A DNA stretch of 64,000 bases from Trichosphaerium sp. ATCC 40318 (Eukaryota > Protista > Tubulinea): contig JALMLS010000287.1 in the NCBI GenBank assembly GCA_038496445.1, positions 152,347-216,346 on the forward strand, written 5' to 3'. Positions 28,334 through 41,317 of the stretch are shown piece by piece (positions within the stretch are counted from its first letter, which is position 1; each line of letters starts with the position of its first letter). The position numbers and the translations under genes were made by a program. The notes beneath the pieces were generated by a model that searched no databases, was not told the DNA's origin, and saw only the letters and a list, made by a program, of their open reading frames with translations.

Positions 28334-28940
28334 TTAAATGGTACATTGCTTCATAAAGCGGGTGTTTAACTGTACAAATTCGTTTTGCAATCAGCGAGCT
28401 GACACAAAGAAGCTAACTTCAGGTACGACAATACCCCGAATATGGGAATCATGACCTGGGTAGTCCTGTGATTCGATATCAAACGTAGACATCTTCTTTT
28501 GTGTAACTGTAACGTTTGGCAATGGTCTATTTGGAGACATCATCCCCTGTTTTGCTTTTTGTTAATGTATTTTCACAAACACGTGCGAATAAAATTAAAC
28601 ATTTTACAAATGGGGTTACAAAATTTTGTTCGGTTACCTCTAAAAAGCTGTACAGCCGCGTCACAGCTGATTTGGCGGTTATAATTTTCTGTTTTTGCAC
28701 AATTTTATCTATTGCTTCGTCTTGACAAAAGTAATACATCCCTGTGGCGTTGTCAGATGTGGACATACAGTTTATGTGGAACAACGTAACGTGTAGATGT
28801 TTGAGACAGCGCATCGATAGAGAAATAGTCTAAACGACAAAATACATCAACCAGGATCTCTTCCGGTAACTCTGTTGCATTTTAGCTACATAATCCAAAA
28901 TAGCGGAGTATGTCGTACCAAACAAGTGTGGAGCTGTCAT
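28334..28940 (-). CDS. Small F-box protein, multi-exon (3' end tentative)
   Basis: Spliced N-terminus MTAPHLF|ELPEEILVDVFCRLDYFSIDALSQTSTR. Confidence 0.55.
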
Positions 28941-29195
28941 TTTCGCGCTGACTTGCCGTTGCGTTGACTGTTGGTTGTTTAAAGCTCTTGGGGTTGTGAG
29001 TTTGTCAACGTAAGCACTCTTTTTTTATGAAATTTATGATTTAGAAACTGTGCTAGCCTATACAGCGCCTGTAACTCTCTTATACTAGTACAAAAACAAA
29101 AGTGGATGCTTGATTGCACACGTTGTCTAAATACCGCCCGTTCAAAGAAATAACTGCTAAGTTAAGTTTCCGATCAACTGTGCGGTTGAAAAGCA

Positions 29196-29631
29196 ATGGA
29201 AGCGGTTAAGGAATCGTTGAAGAAATTCGATGAGCTTGTTCCTGACTGTCACAGTCTACAACGTAAAGGTTTAGAGTGTTACAAAAAAAATCATGACGAT
29301 CCGAGCGTCTGTGCGCAAGATGAAGCTGCATTTCGCCAATGCCAACAAAAAGCGCACCAGGCGTCAAGTTTAATAATGGGCAGCTGCTCAAAAGAAAATT
29401 TGCGCTACTTTGAGTGCGTGGATAGTTTGTTTGTATGAATTTAATGGTGTTTAGCTGTTCTGTAGATAAAACGCGAACAAACACTCCTTGTGTGTCTGAA
29501 ATCGACGATCTGCTAGCTTGCGCCACTAATGTATGGATTGAACAACCTAATTGTTACACTTTCTGTAACTAATGCTCTACTAGGCTGTCTCTCCTGCTTA
29601 TTTTGTCGGCGATTGGTCGTACCACGTTTAA
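29196..29631 (+). CDS. Tandem twin-CX9C (CHCH) mitochondrial intermembrane-space protein, CHCHD5/Mix14-like
   Basis: Four CX9C motifs (CHSLQRKGLEC, CAQDEAAFRQC, CSKENLRYFEC, CVSEIDDLLAC). Confidence 0.75.
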
Positions 29632-29699
29632 ACAACTGTTAAACGAAATTTTCATTGACACTCTTGTACAACACTAAATTCTTTTACATGTATCAACAT

Positions 29700-31013
29700 T
29701 ACTTCCATTCTTGTCCACGTTTTCTGTCACGTAATTCCTAGTGATGTTAGCGGTGATGAGTATTGTAGCGTAGGACCACTAAACCAACGAAGGTAAAGAG
29801 CTAATATCAGAGGTTTTCAACATTTCGAGCAAATTGATAATCAGCAAATTCCGAATCAAAGCATAATTGCATGGACAACTTTCATTGAAACCACGTGAGT
29901 GTCTAGTACAAAAACTGACTAAAATATCTCTTTATTAAAAGATCTCATCCGGTATTGGTTCGTGTTTTTTCTCAGTATTTCTGAGCACAAGCTCGTAGGA
30001 ACTCATCTAACTTTCTAAAATCTCTTGCCATCCTCTCGTCTAGATTGTAGTATGTTATAGACTCCAGAGCTAATAGTACTTTAGTATGATAAAATCATGT
30101 TAGCACTCACCCTCTACTGCACGGAAAACAACGCTACGTGATTTATGCAAGTAGAATAAATCAGGAAACTTCATTGATGCTTCAAATAAGAATACTAATG
30201 AAAATTCTAGAGATTCTTGGTACGTAGTTAGTACTACTCACAAGTCTAGGTTTTTTCTCCTTACCTCTGCGTTTTAGTGTTGTCTCTACGTGTGGTAGCA
30301 AAGCTTCAAGTGAAGATCCTGTACAAGTCAGCAGTGCGTTAGGCATTCATTCACTTGTACTTTGGAGTTGGTGGAATTCGTCATCGCCAATCATCTGAAG
30401 TAGCTGTAGTAATTCAGCGTCAGCTCCCCTTTTATCTAGCTCTAATATCTTGTGGTGTAGAGATATACTTTCTAAAGCTGTGTTAAAAGTTGCTTACGAT
30501 AGTTTACATGCTATCGAAGTCAGTGGGGCGGCTAGAAGTATCCATCATTGTTGGCAGCGATTGCTCTCTGTATAATGAGACAAGTACAAGATCTTAAACG
30601 TTTGTTTACGCGTACAATTGACGTATCGTTCGGGAATCTTCAATTTCTAGATCTGGTGGTCTGCTACCAGATACCTTCTCGAGAATCCCAGCCATCTTGT
30701 TGATGGTGACAACAGCTTTTTTTAAATTATTGTGTTGCTACTAATGTTAGAGGCAATGTTAAATCGTATTGTATTGCCTGCAAACTCCATTGATAGCTAA
30801 ATGTGTTATCAAAATGTAAAGGATAAGAAAACGTACCAGTCTTCTTGATACTGGGCTAGCTGCTTATTCTGCTGTTTGATAGCTTCTATGAGTTAATGGG
30901 TATTGTTGTAGAATAGACTCACAAGTAAGCAAACTCAATATCTGCTTTATATCATCGTTATCGGTCGATTGTGTATGCGAATCTTCATGAGGGGATGTCA
31001 TGGTTTTATTCAT
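29700..31013 (-). CDS. Hypothetical multi-exon protein (3' end uncertain)
   Basis: Consecutive open exons bounded by GT-AG introns (EAIKQQNKQLAQYQEDW; LELDKRGADAELLQLLQ); no family recognised. Confidence 0.45.
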
Positions 31014-31499
31014 GTATAAATTTGAGGTTGACGCGTAAAGGTAACAAATTGGTAACATAGCACGTGAAAAACATTTTCTAGTTTAGCCGTTCTTTTCTCT
31101 ACGGCTGGTTTAGTGGTTTTCTGGGCGTAGTGCTAGCAAAGAAAAACGATAGTGCTCTGCAGACCTGCTGGCGGTTTTTTACAAGGATACATAATGTACT
31201 GGTGGCATTGTGAATGCATAAGGTCAGCATAAGTATTAATCTTGAAAACAACAAGTGTATTTAAGCGCTGTAGCATTGCTCACTCAGATATTGGATGCTA
31301 TACGCGTAGATGTGACCATTTAAGGTATGATTATGCGTTTAGGGCATGTTTGGCAGCGTTGTACCCCTTTTTTAAATTATTTTTTGCTTTTCCGAATACA
31401 TTTCTCACCAGGAGTTTTCGAAGGTTAATTCAGCGTAAAACCGATCTCGTTTACCAAGCTTAATCTACCAAAGATCTTTTAATCTGAAATTGTGCACCA

Positions 31500-34400
31500 A
31501 TGATTAAAAAACGCCACAATACGCGTAAATGCGATGATTCCCCCAGTTTTGCGACTAGGTACACTTTTTATGAAATTGCTGTTATAATGACGACCAATTA
31601 GCTTATTAATTGAGCTGCTCAAGAAGTTAAAGGACTTGGCGTCTGTTTTAGCTCAATTTAGTGCAGTGCCGGGTTCTTTACAAGGTACAAACTTAAAAGA
31701 AGTAAAAAAAACTAGTGCAGATGCGTTGAAAGTATACAGAGACTACACCGAGGTAATCACGGAATTCCCGAGCGATTGTATTGTTTTTTTTATGCCCCTT
31801 TTTAGAATGTTCGCCACTATTTTGATCAACATACCATTCTACGCGATAAAACAAACAGTCTGGGGGTAGTCCTAACAAGTGTTATTCGTTGCTTCATCAT
31901 CTCCATCAATGAGCCAAATAACTACGAGATTCTAGATAAAATTGATTTGAAACAATTGGTAGTACGTGTAAAGGATATTAATCAGTATTGGTGCGCGTCA
32001 TTTCCCTTTTATTATTTTTTTTTTTTTTTTTCAATTTTTTATTTTGTTTTTGCTTGGCTCTATTCTCATCTCATTCGCTCCGTAGGCAAACAGAAATTGC
32101 TCCAGAAATACGAGAGGCACGCAGGAAAAAGAGAATGGCAAAAGCGCCTCCTACAAAGATCAGAAGATCTTGTAGTGCTGGTGGTACGCTGTTTTTCGAA
32201 CTTACCGAAAATTTGACACATGTCAATCATTTTTTTTTACCAAACCGTTTAATCATTTCCTTTTATAGCCATGCAAAGAATGTATAAATCTTCCGGTCCA
32301 GTAATGCTCATATCGCAATCCTCCCCATTTAAAACACGTGATTTTATAGCCGCTTCTTCGCCCAGTACTTTACGGCCTGTTACCCCTAACCCGCCGTCAA
32401 CCGCTGTCCCTATTCCACGTATCACACCCCCTAAACCACCCAATACAAAGCCTCCTAGTGAAACCCCACCAATTGATACGACTCACATCACACGAATCAC
32501 TTCAATACGTGAGTGTTACTCGGTGTATTTTATTGTTCAAAAAATTTTCAAACTGAACTAAAATAACGTTTATAGGTTCTCAATCTCACTCAAGTGTATC
32601 TTCAAGCGACGATGAGGGATCTATGGATAAACGACCAACTTCACGCAGTTCTTCATATGCCTCAACCGCTTTACCACCTTTACCTGCGCGGCCTTCTCGA
32701 CCTCCTCCTCAATTACCTACACTACCCATACCAGCGTCGCCTGAACAACTTCGAAACTACGTTAGAGATATGAGAGAAATGTACGTTTACTCTGTATTTA
32801 AAGAAGAATTTTTATTTACGTTATAACAAACATCTACTCTGTATTACGCTGAATGTAAAGTGAAAACAGTAAAATGTACACTGTTTTTTTTTTTTTTTGA
32901 CATTTCTAATGCTATTTGCCAAAAGGATAACAAAGAAGGCATTTACATCAGAAGCACAACGCCGTAAGGCGATTACGCAATTACGCCAAGCCATCAAGAA
33001 AATTATTGCGCTCAACAATGAGCAAGTAGTAGCACCACAAGTACCAAAGTTAAAGCCTCAAGCTGCGGAAAAAGATGACCACACTAGATCTGCACGATCA
33101 AAGACACACGTGCGTATTATTTAAAAATATGTTTGTTTTGTGTTGACGCTTTTAAAGAGCCCACAAAATTCAGCTACAAATTTTCATCAAAGGAAAAAAT
33201 CATCAAGTTTTTCGTCTGGTCAGAGTGATTCGTTTTCGAGAGCGACTGGCGATAAAGTACATAGAAGTTTGCATGAACCAGATAAAAATGCTGTGGCAGT
33301 GCCTGTTGAGCAACTTACAGCAGAACCTTCTAAAGTAGGACCTAGTAGACGAGCTCAAATTAAATCAACAGCTTTCAGCAATTTTAAAGATTTATTGGCA
33401 CAAACAGAACTAGGTCTTGTACAACAGTCTAGCCCTGTTATGAGTCCGGTCGTTAGTCCTCGAGAAATGCCTACTCCTAGTATTGTAATGAGAGATTTCG
33501 GGAAAATAGAGACATTCTTGGACAAAGAGTTTGAAGAAAAGCCATCCCAGAGAAGGTAAAACTTACTGTTAATCAAGTATTTACTAATTCGAATGGTTCA
33601 GGTCTAAAAGATTAACACGTACTCTAAGCGCTGGTAGTAATATGCTAGATAAAACATGGGCACCAAGACGTAAATATTTTGGCGCTATAGATGATAATGA
33701 AGACTCTATAATGGAGGATTCTATGACAGAAGAAGAAATCAGGCAGCAATCGCTTTGGATGCCAATTTCTGCAAGTGTTGTAGCAAAGCCAAAGCAAATG
33801 TCCACGTATTCACTAGCTGGAAAGTCTCGCGTTACATCTAGTATGAGAGATAAAAGTGTGATGGAGCTAGTGGGTACCGAAGAAACCTACGTTGAAGGGT
33901 TGAAAGTTATTGTTGAGGTAATTTTTTGTTCAGCAGTTTTCTCTTTTCTTACTTGGTTTGTTTCCTTTAGTTTTTCTTGAAACCACTTAACAAAGAGCTC
34001 AAGAATGCCAAAGAATTTGGTGTTGAACCGCTATTACCTCAAGAAGATGTTGCAAAGATATTCTTTCTCATTGAAGAAATTTTAGCATTGCATGCTCCGT
34101 TTTTATCAAAATTAAGAAAATCTGTTGTGAAAGACTCTGTAGGTAAACCTATGCTTAAACTGGTACGTTATTAGATATATACAAACTTGTATTTGATTGC
34201 ATGAAGCCATATGCTGAAAGTTATTGATCAGATTAATCTTATTTTTGTTATAGATTCCTAAGCTTAAAAAATACGCCGAGTATGCTCAAAACTACAACGC
34301 AGCAGTAAAATGTGTTACAAAAAATCTTGAAGAGAGAACAAGGTTTAGGAATTACTATGATAGCATAATGAAACTACCACGTGTCGCAGGTGCGTAGATA

Positions 34401-35258
34401 AAAAAAAGTTAATGTTGGTCACTTTTTTTTCTTATACAAGTTTAGATATGTCTTTGGTTTCATTGCTTGTGACACCTATACAACGTATACCTAGATATAA
34501 GTTATTACTAGAAAGTATAATAAAACACACAAATACAAATCATCCGGACTACTAGTACGATAAATAACCTCTTCATGGATGTTAACTTTTTTGCTTCTTT
34601 AGTTTGGCTGTCAAAGCAAAAAAAGAAGTTGTGAAAGCTGTGGAATATGTCGAAATAACTAAAAAAGAGGCTGAGAATAGCGACATGCTTGTACAGATAA
34701 GAAATAAGCTAATACCAAACAAAAAGAAGGTAGCTAGCATTATCTCTTCAAAAGCCTTTCATGTTTTGTTTTAACTTTTTATTAGAAACCGTTCATCTTG
34801 GTTAAGCCTGGACGGACATATCTAAATCAAGGTATTCTAGATGTGTCATGTGGTAAAGATAGAGGATCTTTACACTGCTTCCTATTTTCAGACTTGCTGT
34901 TAACAACAAAAAACAAGAAATCAGGGTTTGTTGTACAAACTACCTTTAATTTACATGGTGCAAAGATGTTAGAAGGAAGCTCTAAACGAGGAGGTACGTT
35001 GTATTTGTTTCCTTCCTGTTGCAACAGTCAAAATTTTTGGGTGTAGCTACTAACGTACAATCTCATAGATCGTCCGTTATTGCAGATATTTTGCGACAGC
35101 AAGTACGTAAAAAACATCATTTTAGATTTGTTTTTACTAACGATTTTGGAAACAGAGAAATTTTGGTAACGTTTCCAAGCTTGGTTCAACGAGATAAATG
35201 GCTTCCGTTCTTCAAGCGCGTAGAAAAGGCTGACATAATCGAAGATGTGCGACAATAG
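31500..35258 (+). CDS. Rho GEF (DH-PH) with long Pro/Ser-rich N-terminus, multi-exon (start tentative)
   Basis: DH: RDKSVMELVGTEETYVEGL, SLLVTPIQRIPRYKLLL..KHT..HPDY; PH: HCFLFSDLLL, QRDKWL. Confidence 0.88.
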
Positions 35259-35489
35259 CACTGAAAGCGAAAAAAAAAAACCCCACCCACTGTACTTTAA
35301 TCAACTACTAAAAAAAAAACCACAAAAAATAAATGTAAAATACAATCCCAATGGCGTCAATTTTGTTAGTTCCGTATTAAATTCTCTGTGAGAAGAATAG
35401 ATTAATAGCAGTATTTCGGCTTCCTTGTTGACAGTAGTTTACATTCTAAAGGTAAATAGGAAGTATTTGAAAAAAATCACTTGTATTTT

Positions 35490-35781
35490 GTTACAATGTT
35501 TGTGGTCGCTGTAAGAATGTAACTATTTGGCTCAATAAAACCTCAGTAACAGATGAAAGTGTTGCACTTGCTGGAGTTCATAATATACACCTTGATAACA
35601 CTTCAGTAACTGATGAAGGTGTTAAAGCACTTGCTGGCGTTCATACTATTTACCTCAATAACACTTCAGTAACTGACGAAGGTATTAAAGCGCTTGTTGG
35701 GGCGTATGTATTTTAGCTTTTAAAACTTGCGTAACAAGAGAGTGGGCTGAAGCTTTAGAGGGGACACAGGTGATTATGTAA
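35490..35781 (+). pseudogene. Degraded LRR relic paralogous to the 39513-41174 gene
   Basis: TSVTDEGVKALAGVHTIYLNNTSVTDEGIKALVG followed by a stop and frameshift; no F-box. Confidence 0.85.
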
Positions 35782-35908
35782 CAACCTACAATGGTTGCCT
35801 ATATTAGGCACTTGTCTACTCACAAATAATAGTACAGTGAAATTGTAACAAGTACAAAGAGTAATCAAAGTCAAAGAAAGTACACAGTTGCAACAAGGTA
35901 TTAATAAT

Positions 35909-36654
35909 ATGACAACACATTTTATCGTATTTGCCCTTTTTGTAAGCGCTGTAGCTTCTCAATGCGTCAGCATGTTCCCTCCTACAATATACGCTACCCA
36001 CTTCATGATGAACTCCACCGATAACGCTCAAGGACTACATTACGGTTATATGAAGTTCTTAAAGGACATTGACGGTACTGTTTATATTGTACGACGCCTA
36101 TTTGAACATAATTTATGTTAACTGTGTGCCGTTAAGCAAAGAGAGAAGATAATACAAAGCGACGACCTTTATGCGTCAGAGTGGATACTTGAGATAGTTA
36201 CCAAAGAAAATGTACGACATTGGTGCATATTGCCGTTTTTGGCCAAATAGCAAGCTCTTCTGATATCTTTGTAGGACCACGCATACGCTATAGAGGATAA
36301 CAAAGGGTGCACATCCCTTGTCATACCGTCTAGTATGTGTTCCAGTTGTACATGGAATTACGTAAGTGTATTTTAGTAGGCACTCAGCGATTATTGAGCT
36401 TACTGTTTGCAGGAATCAACCATAGATTATTGGGTACCTAACTGTACATTGGGTCCTTTGGTACCTTCAATTCGATTATCTGAAGACGGTGAAGTTGCTG
36501 TTTTGAGATATGAAGTAGACGGTGACTATACTCACTATAAAGTTACCAAACACATGCCAGCGCCAAGAGGTGCTGCAGATTTCCCAGTACGTACTTTTGA
36601 TTGTATTGTAAGCACCCACAAACTAACTTGCCAAAGGTTCCACACTGTCCATAG
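35909..36654 (+). CDS. Secreted/lysosomal protein, possibly ependymin-related, multi-exon
   Basis: Signal peptide MTTHFIVFALFVSAVASQC; Cys spacing and C-terminal DFPVPHCP recall ependymin-related proteins. Confidence 0.6.
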
Positions 36655-36863
36655 TGACCTCTTGCTAACTCTGCTTGATTAAATAAACAGTGTTCGGTTA
36701 AACCATTTGCCTACCGTCATCTACTCGCTGGGAGCATGCGTAGAATCTGTACAAGATTGTCTTATTTTACAAGTCTGGTCTAAACATCCGTGCTAGCCTT
36801 TAACATGTAACGTTGTACAATACACAACAAGGTTTATTTAGTCATACAAAGAGAAAAGTACAG

Positions 36864-38884
36864 CTAAGGCTTTAAAAGATGAACGACCATACCTAAATAG
36901 AAATAAGAACTTTAACCTTGGTTCACACGTGCCAAACCGACTATGATGATTATTAGTGTAATGCCAGCGGTTAGCTTATTGCTTCGCAAAGAACCAGAAG
37001 TATCTGATGCTCTTGCAGAAGCTACGGCATTAAATTTCCATTGTTGGTTAGGTTCTTGATTAGCTGAACGCCACAAGTATACATTTTGAAATTGAGCTTA
37101 AGAAATGGCAATGTTAGAACTCAGTGGTGCGGTATACAACAACATGCTCACCTCCACCATTGTTACCATCAATAGAGTACCCTGGAGCATTCCTCTTTTG
37201 TAGTCTAAACTTATCACCACTAACAGACACTACAGGACCAGTCAATACCAAAGAGTATGCTGTAAATAAAATGCTACTACCTTTTTTCCAGTGTTGATTT
37301 TGGTTAGAGGTTGCACAACCCCATAGTTTGAGATTCTGAAGATTTGCACCACCATCACCTCCGTCAAGACAAAAATTAGTGTCCTTCTTTTGGAACGATA
37401 CAAAGCCGTTATCACGTTTGATCTCGATCCATTGTTGATTTACATCACCAGTATTGTGTCGTTTAAGACGCACCTATAACCTGGGTGAGCAATTTTAATT
37501 GTTTTTTTTTTTTGGGTACGTTTTGGTTGTTATCACCGCCGTTTTGGCCGTCAAGGGCATATGTCAGTGCGTTTCCCTTCTGAATGGTGTAGACAATATT
37601 CGTTGCTGCGGTGATGGTTAAGGTACGGGTTACTGTCCGTCCATGTACGTCCTTTACTGTTGCTACAATTTTAGACACAGAAGTTCTGCGTTTACCAATA
37701 GAGTTGAACGTAAACTTGTAAGCTGCTTTTGTAGCTTGACCATTAAACCGCTCTGGTTCAATAAAAATATTACCAACATTTGGATTGTCTAGTGTTGACG
37801 CAGACTCGTATTTCCGGTTTTCTTCATTGAAACTATAATGACATTATATGATGTAGATTCTAATCTCAAGAGCTATTGGTTACCTAATGTACGAGGAATA
37901 GACGACCTTATTTGAGGTATCATAAACCTGTAATCCAATATAATCAAGATCTAGTTCTGTGGGCATTTGCGAAACACTGACAGCAGCTGATTGGATTGTG
38001 GTGCTTCCTTCACATTTCGTAAGTTGTTTTCCACATTAGGCTATTGTACTATTGTTCCTACCTGTTATATCTAATAACTGAACTGCGAAAGACTCCTTAT
38101 TTGTGTAAGGTAGGTATATCCAAGGATTTACACAATTCTTTTGAGCAAGACCATCTTCCCTGATTTCTAGACGATCGATGTTAGCACAACATTGCAAAAA
38201 AAAAAGCAACAAGTCTAAAAGAATAACTTACCAAAGTGCAAGTGTGAATATGACGCCTTACTAAGATCACCGACAATAGCAACAGGGTCGCCCTTCTTAA
38301 CTATTTGATCTTCTTCTACCAAGGCTACAACGGGAAAGAATTAGACAACTGTGTTTTCTCATGTAAAACAATATAACATACAAGATAACATGTGAATGTA
38401 GGTAGCATAAATAACCTTCCCATTCGGAAGATCGTGTCTTATTTGTACAACTCCATCAGCATAGCCAGGGTGGCTTCCAGCAATACGAGCTTTCTACTAG
38501 CGCATTAGCAACAACTTCTGGCACTTCAAACTGCTTACCCCATCCGCTATTGCGTACGCTCTTGTGCCCACAGGCGCTAATTTATGTATCAGTAAATCGC
38601 TAGTAGGCCGGTTTTTTTTTCCAACTTGCTTCGAAAACCAAAAAACGTCGTTATTAAAACACGTGCCTGGAATATCTATTCCTCTGTGATAATCGTGTCT
38701 ACCGTTGAGTAATCTTAATTTCATTAGAGGTTTGTCTATTACATAATATATCTCACCTGGGGCCAAAGGGTGAGTATTGCGGGAGATCTGGGGTACAACC
38801 ACGGCTTATCGGCCACTGAAAATCGCAAGCGGCAGCAAAGTAAACCAAACACGCCATACATAGTGTAATTCGTTTTGTGGCCAT
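36864..38884 (-). CDS. Secreted M23 (lysostaphin-type) metallopeptidase + ricin-B lectin + C-terminal hydrophobic anchor, multi-exon
   Basis: HRGIDIP|APVGTRAYAIADG (HxxxD), YIHM, SHLHF|EIR (HxH); ricin QxW repeats (NQQW, NQHW, NQQW); hydrophobic tail. Confidence 0.88.
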
Positions 38885-39377
38885 ATGTGTCATTGTTTGA
38901 GTTGTATTATGGATAATGTAGTGTCACAACGTGCTACGGGTGAACAATGCCCGCAGTACACATCCGACACTGAGAACTAAAATTGAAACGCTTACCTTTT
39001 TATTAAGGACGCCCTAACCGTACCTTTGCCTATGCTCAGCATCTAGGATAAACATTGCACAAATAATGCGCTAGAAGGCTCGCTTTGATTTGCGCTAGTA
39101 GTAAAAAACAGTTTATGATATGCCCTCCCAAAACTGTATTTCCCACATCTTGGGATGTGGAAGGCTCTTACCTACGAAAACTGCGGAAACCTTGTTCCAT
39201 GAACATAATGTACACCACGATCTGAAGAGGTTTTATTTCATGCGTGGTTGTGGGTCAAGCAACCGGTGTGTTGGCTTGTATGATGCAGTATATGGTTTTT
39301 CTGCGACGCAAACTGAAGTCGGTGAAAACTACAACAAAGCGAAGAAAAAGAAAAGTCAACGCAAATTCAAACGTTAG

Positions 39378-39500
39378 TAAATACGTATCGTATCCTTCAC
39401 AGGAGAACCAACTCTGTTTACAGTGTGACTTATAGCAGTCAACGGGGTTCTCCTGGATAAATATCCTTAATTTCCTTTCCTTTCCTAAATACGTATCGTA
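39378..39500 (+). mobile_element. 93-bp non-LTR-type (SINE or truncated LINE) insertion with 15-bp target-site duplication
   Basis: TAAATACGTATCGTA at 39378-39392 and 39486-39500; internal stem CAGGAGAACC/GGTTCTCCTG; (TTTCC)3 tail. Confidence 0.65.
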
Positions 39501-39512
39501 CCACAATCAAAT

Positions 39513-41174
39513 ATGAACAAAAACACTGCATTCTTTGATGAGGTTCCAGTGGAAATCATTGTTCATATTCTCCAGTCCCTTTCACCGTTATATATGCGGT
39601 TCGTTGTACACACATCTAAATTATTAGCCACAATTGCAATACAATTCTTAGGATATAAAGACGTAAGAAATATCGTCATTAAAACTTCAGAGAGGCTCGA
39701 AAAACTATACAGCGAAGCACCACACCTAATCAAAACGAATAAGATTACTCTCATGTTCCCTTTGAAACAACAACATTTACAGTACTTAAAAAAAGCTCAA
39801 GAACTAAAACTGTATGGGCTAGTAGATGTTGATTTTACAGGCTTTCAGTATGGCGAAAGCATAGACTTTAGCTGTTGTAGTCGTATTGCTGTAACAGATA
39901 CTCATCTTAAACAACTAGCTGGGATACATAAAATCATACTACAGGGTAAAAAAGTTACAAGTGAAGGTACAAGAGCATTGGCTGGCATTCATACAATCGA
40001 TCTAAGCAAATGCGGACTTGTAACAGACGATGGCATTAAAGCATTGGCGGGCGTTCATACTATCAATCTGCATAGTACTACAGTGACAAATGATTGTGTT
40101 AAGGCTTTGTCTGGAGTTCATACAATTAATTTAACTAATTGTAGACGTGTTACAGACGATGGGTTCAAGGCGTTAGTTGGAGTGCACTCTGCTGGTTTAA
40201 GCAGTACAGAAGTGACAGATGAAGCTGTTATAGCTTTAGCAGGTGTTCATTCTATACGCCTAAACCGCACACAAGTGACAGATAATGGTATTAAAGCGTT
40301 AGCTGGAGTATACGCAATTTTTCTTGATGACACTGACATTACTAATGTTGGTATTAAAGCACTTGCTGGCGTTCATACCATTAGTATTGTTAATACAGGT
40401 GTAACTGATGAGGGTGTTAGAACGTTGGCAGGAGTTCATTCCATTGATTTAAGCTATTGTCGATATATACGAGATGGTAGTCTTAAAGCTGTAGCAGGAG
40501 TTCACACTATTAAACTAAGATCAACTCATGTTACAGATGATGGCATTAAAGCGCTGGCTGGCGTTCACACAATTGATCTTGGTACGACAGGTACAACCGA
40601 TGATGGAGTCAAAGCATTGGCTGGAGTTTACTCAATTGATTTGCAAAATTGCAAGAGTGTAACGGACAATGGTATTTCAGCTTTAGCTGGTGTTCATACA
40701 ATATATCTTGAGAATACAAATGTAACAGACGTGGGTGTCAAATCACTGGCAGGAGTACATGAAATATCTCTTTGCAGAACAACAGTTACAGACGATAGTC
40801 TAACAACATTGGCTGGTGTTCATACAATATATCTTGAGCACACAAAAGTCACAGACATGGGAATCAAAGCGCTAGCTGGAGTATACACAATTTTTCTTGA
40901 TGACACTGACATTACTAATGTTGGTATTAAAGCACTTGCTGGCGTTCATAAAATTAGTTTGCGGAACACTTCAGTAACTGATGAGGGTGTTAAAGCACTG
41001 GCAGGTGTACATGCGATTGATTTACACAAAACAAATGTTACAGATGATGGTATTACAGCATTGATAGGAGTACATATAATTAACATTGAACATACTAAAG
41101 TAACAGCTAAGGGCAAAGAAGCGCTAGGCATTGTTCAACATGTACGATGGTTGTCCTATTCTTGTCCCACATAA
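39513..41174 (+). CDS. Intronless F-box + leucine-rich-repeat protein (553 aa)
   Basis: FDEVPVEIIVHILQSL F-box; many LAGVHTIxLxxTxVTDxGIKA repeats. Confidence 0.92.
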   Translation: MNKNTAFFDEVPVEIIVHILQSLSPLYMRFVVHTSKLLATIAIQFLGYKDVRNIVIKTSERLEKLYSEAPHLIKTNKITLMFPLKQQHLQYLKKAQELKLYGLVDVDFTGFQYGESIDFSCCSRIAVTDTHLKQLAGIHKIILQGKKVTSEGTRALAGIHTIDLSKCGLVTDDGIKALAGVHTINLHSTTVTNDCVKALSGVHTINLTNCRRVTDDGFKALVGVHSAGLSSTEVTDEAVIALAGVHSIRLNRTQVTDNGIKALAGVYAIFLDDTDITNVGIKALAGVHTISIVNTGVTDEGVRTLAGVHSIDLSYCRYIRDGSLKAVAGVHTIKLRSTHVTDDGIKALAGVHTIDLGTTGTTDDGVKALAGVYSIDLQNCKSVTDNGISALAGVHTIYLENTNVTDVGVKSLAGVHEISLCRTTVTDDSLTTLAGVHTIYLEHTKVTDMGIKALAGVYTIFLDDTDITNVGIKALAGVHKISLRNTSVTDEGVKALAGVHAIDLHKTNVTDDGITALIGVHIINIEHTKVTAKGKEALGIVQHVRWLSYSCPT

Positions 41175-41317
41175 ACAATTCTTACAAAAGTAACAACAAA
41201 AGCAATGTTTACTTTGGATTAATAAAGGTAATAGAGGTAAATGGCTGTCTCAGTTCCACTAAGTTGTAAGGGTTGTACAAATCACATATTTACAATACAA
41301 TGTTTATTTGGTGACCG

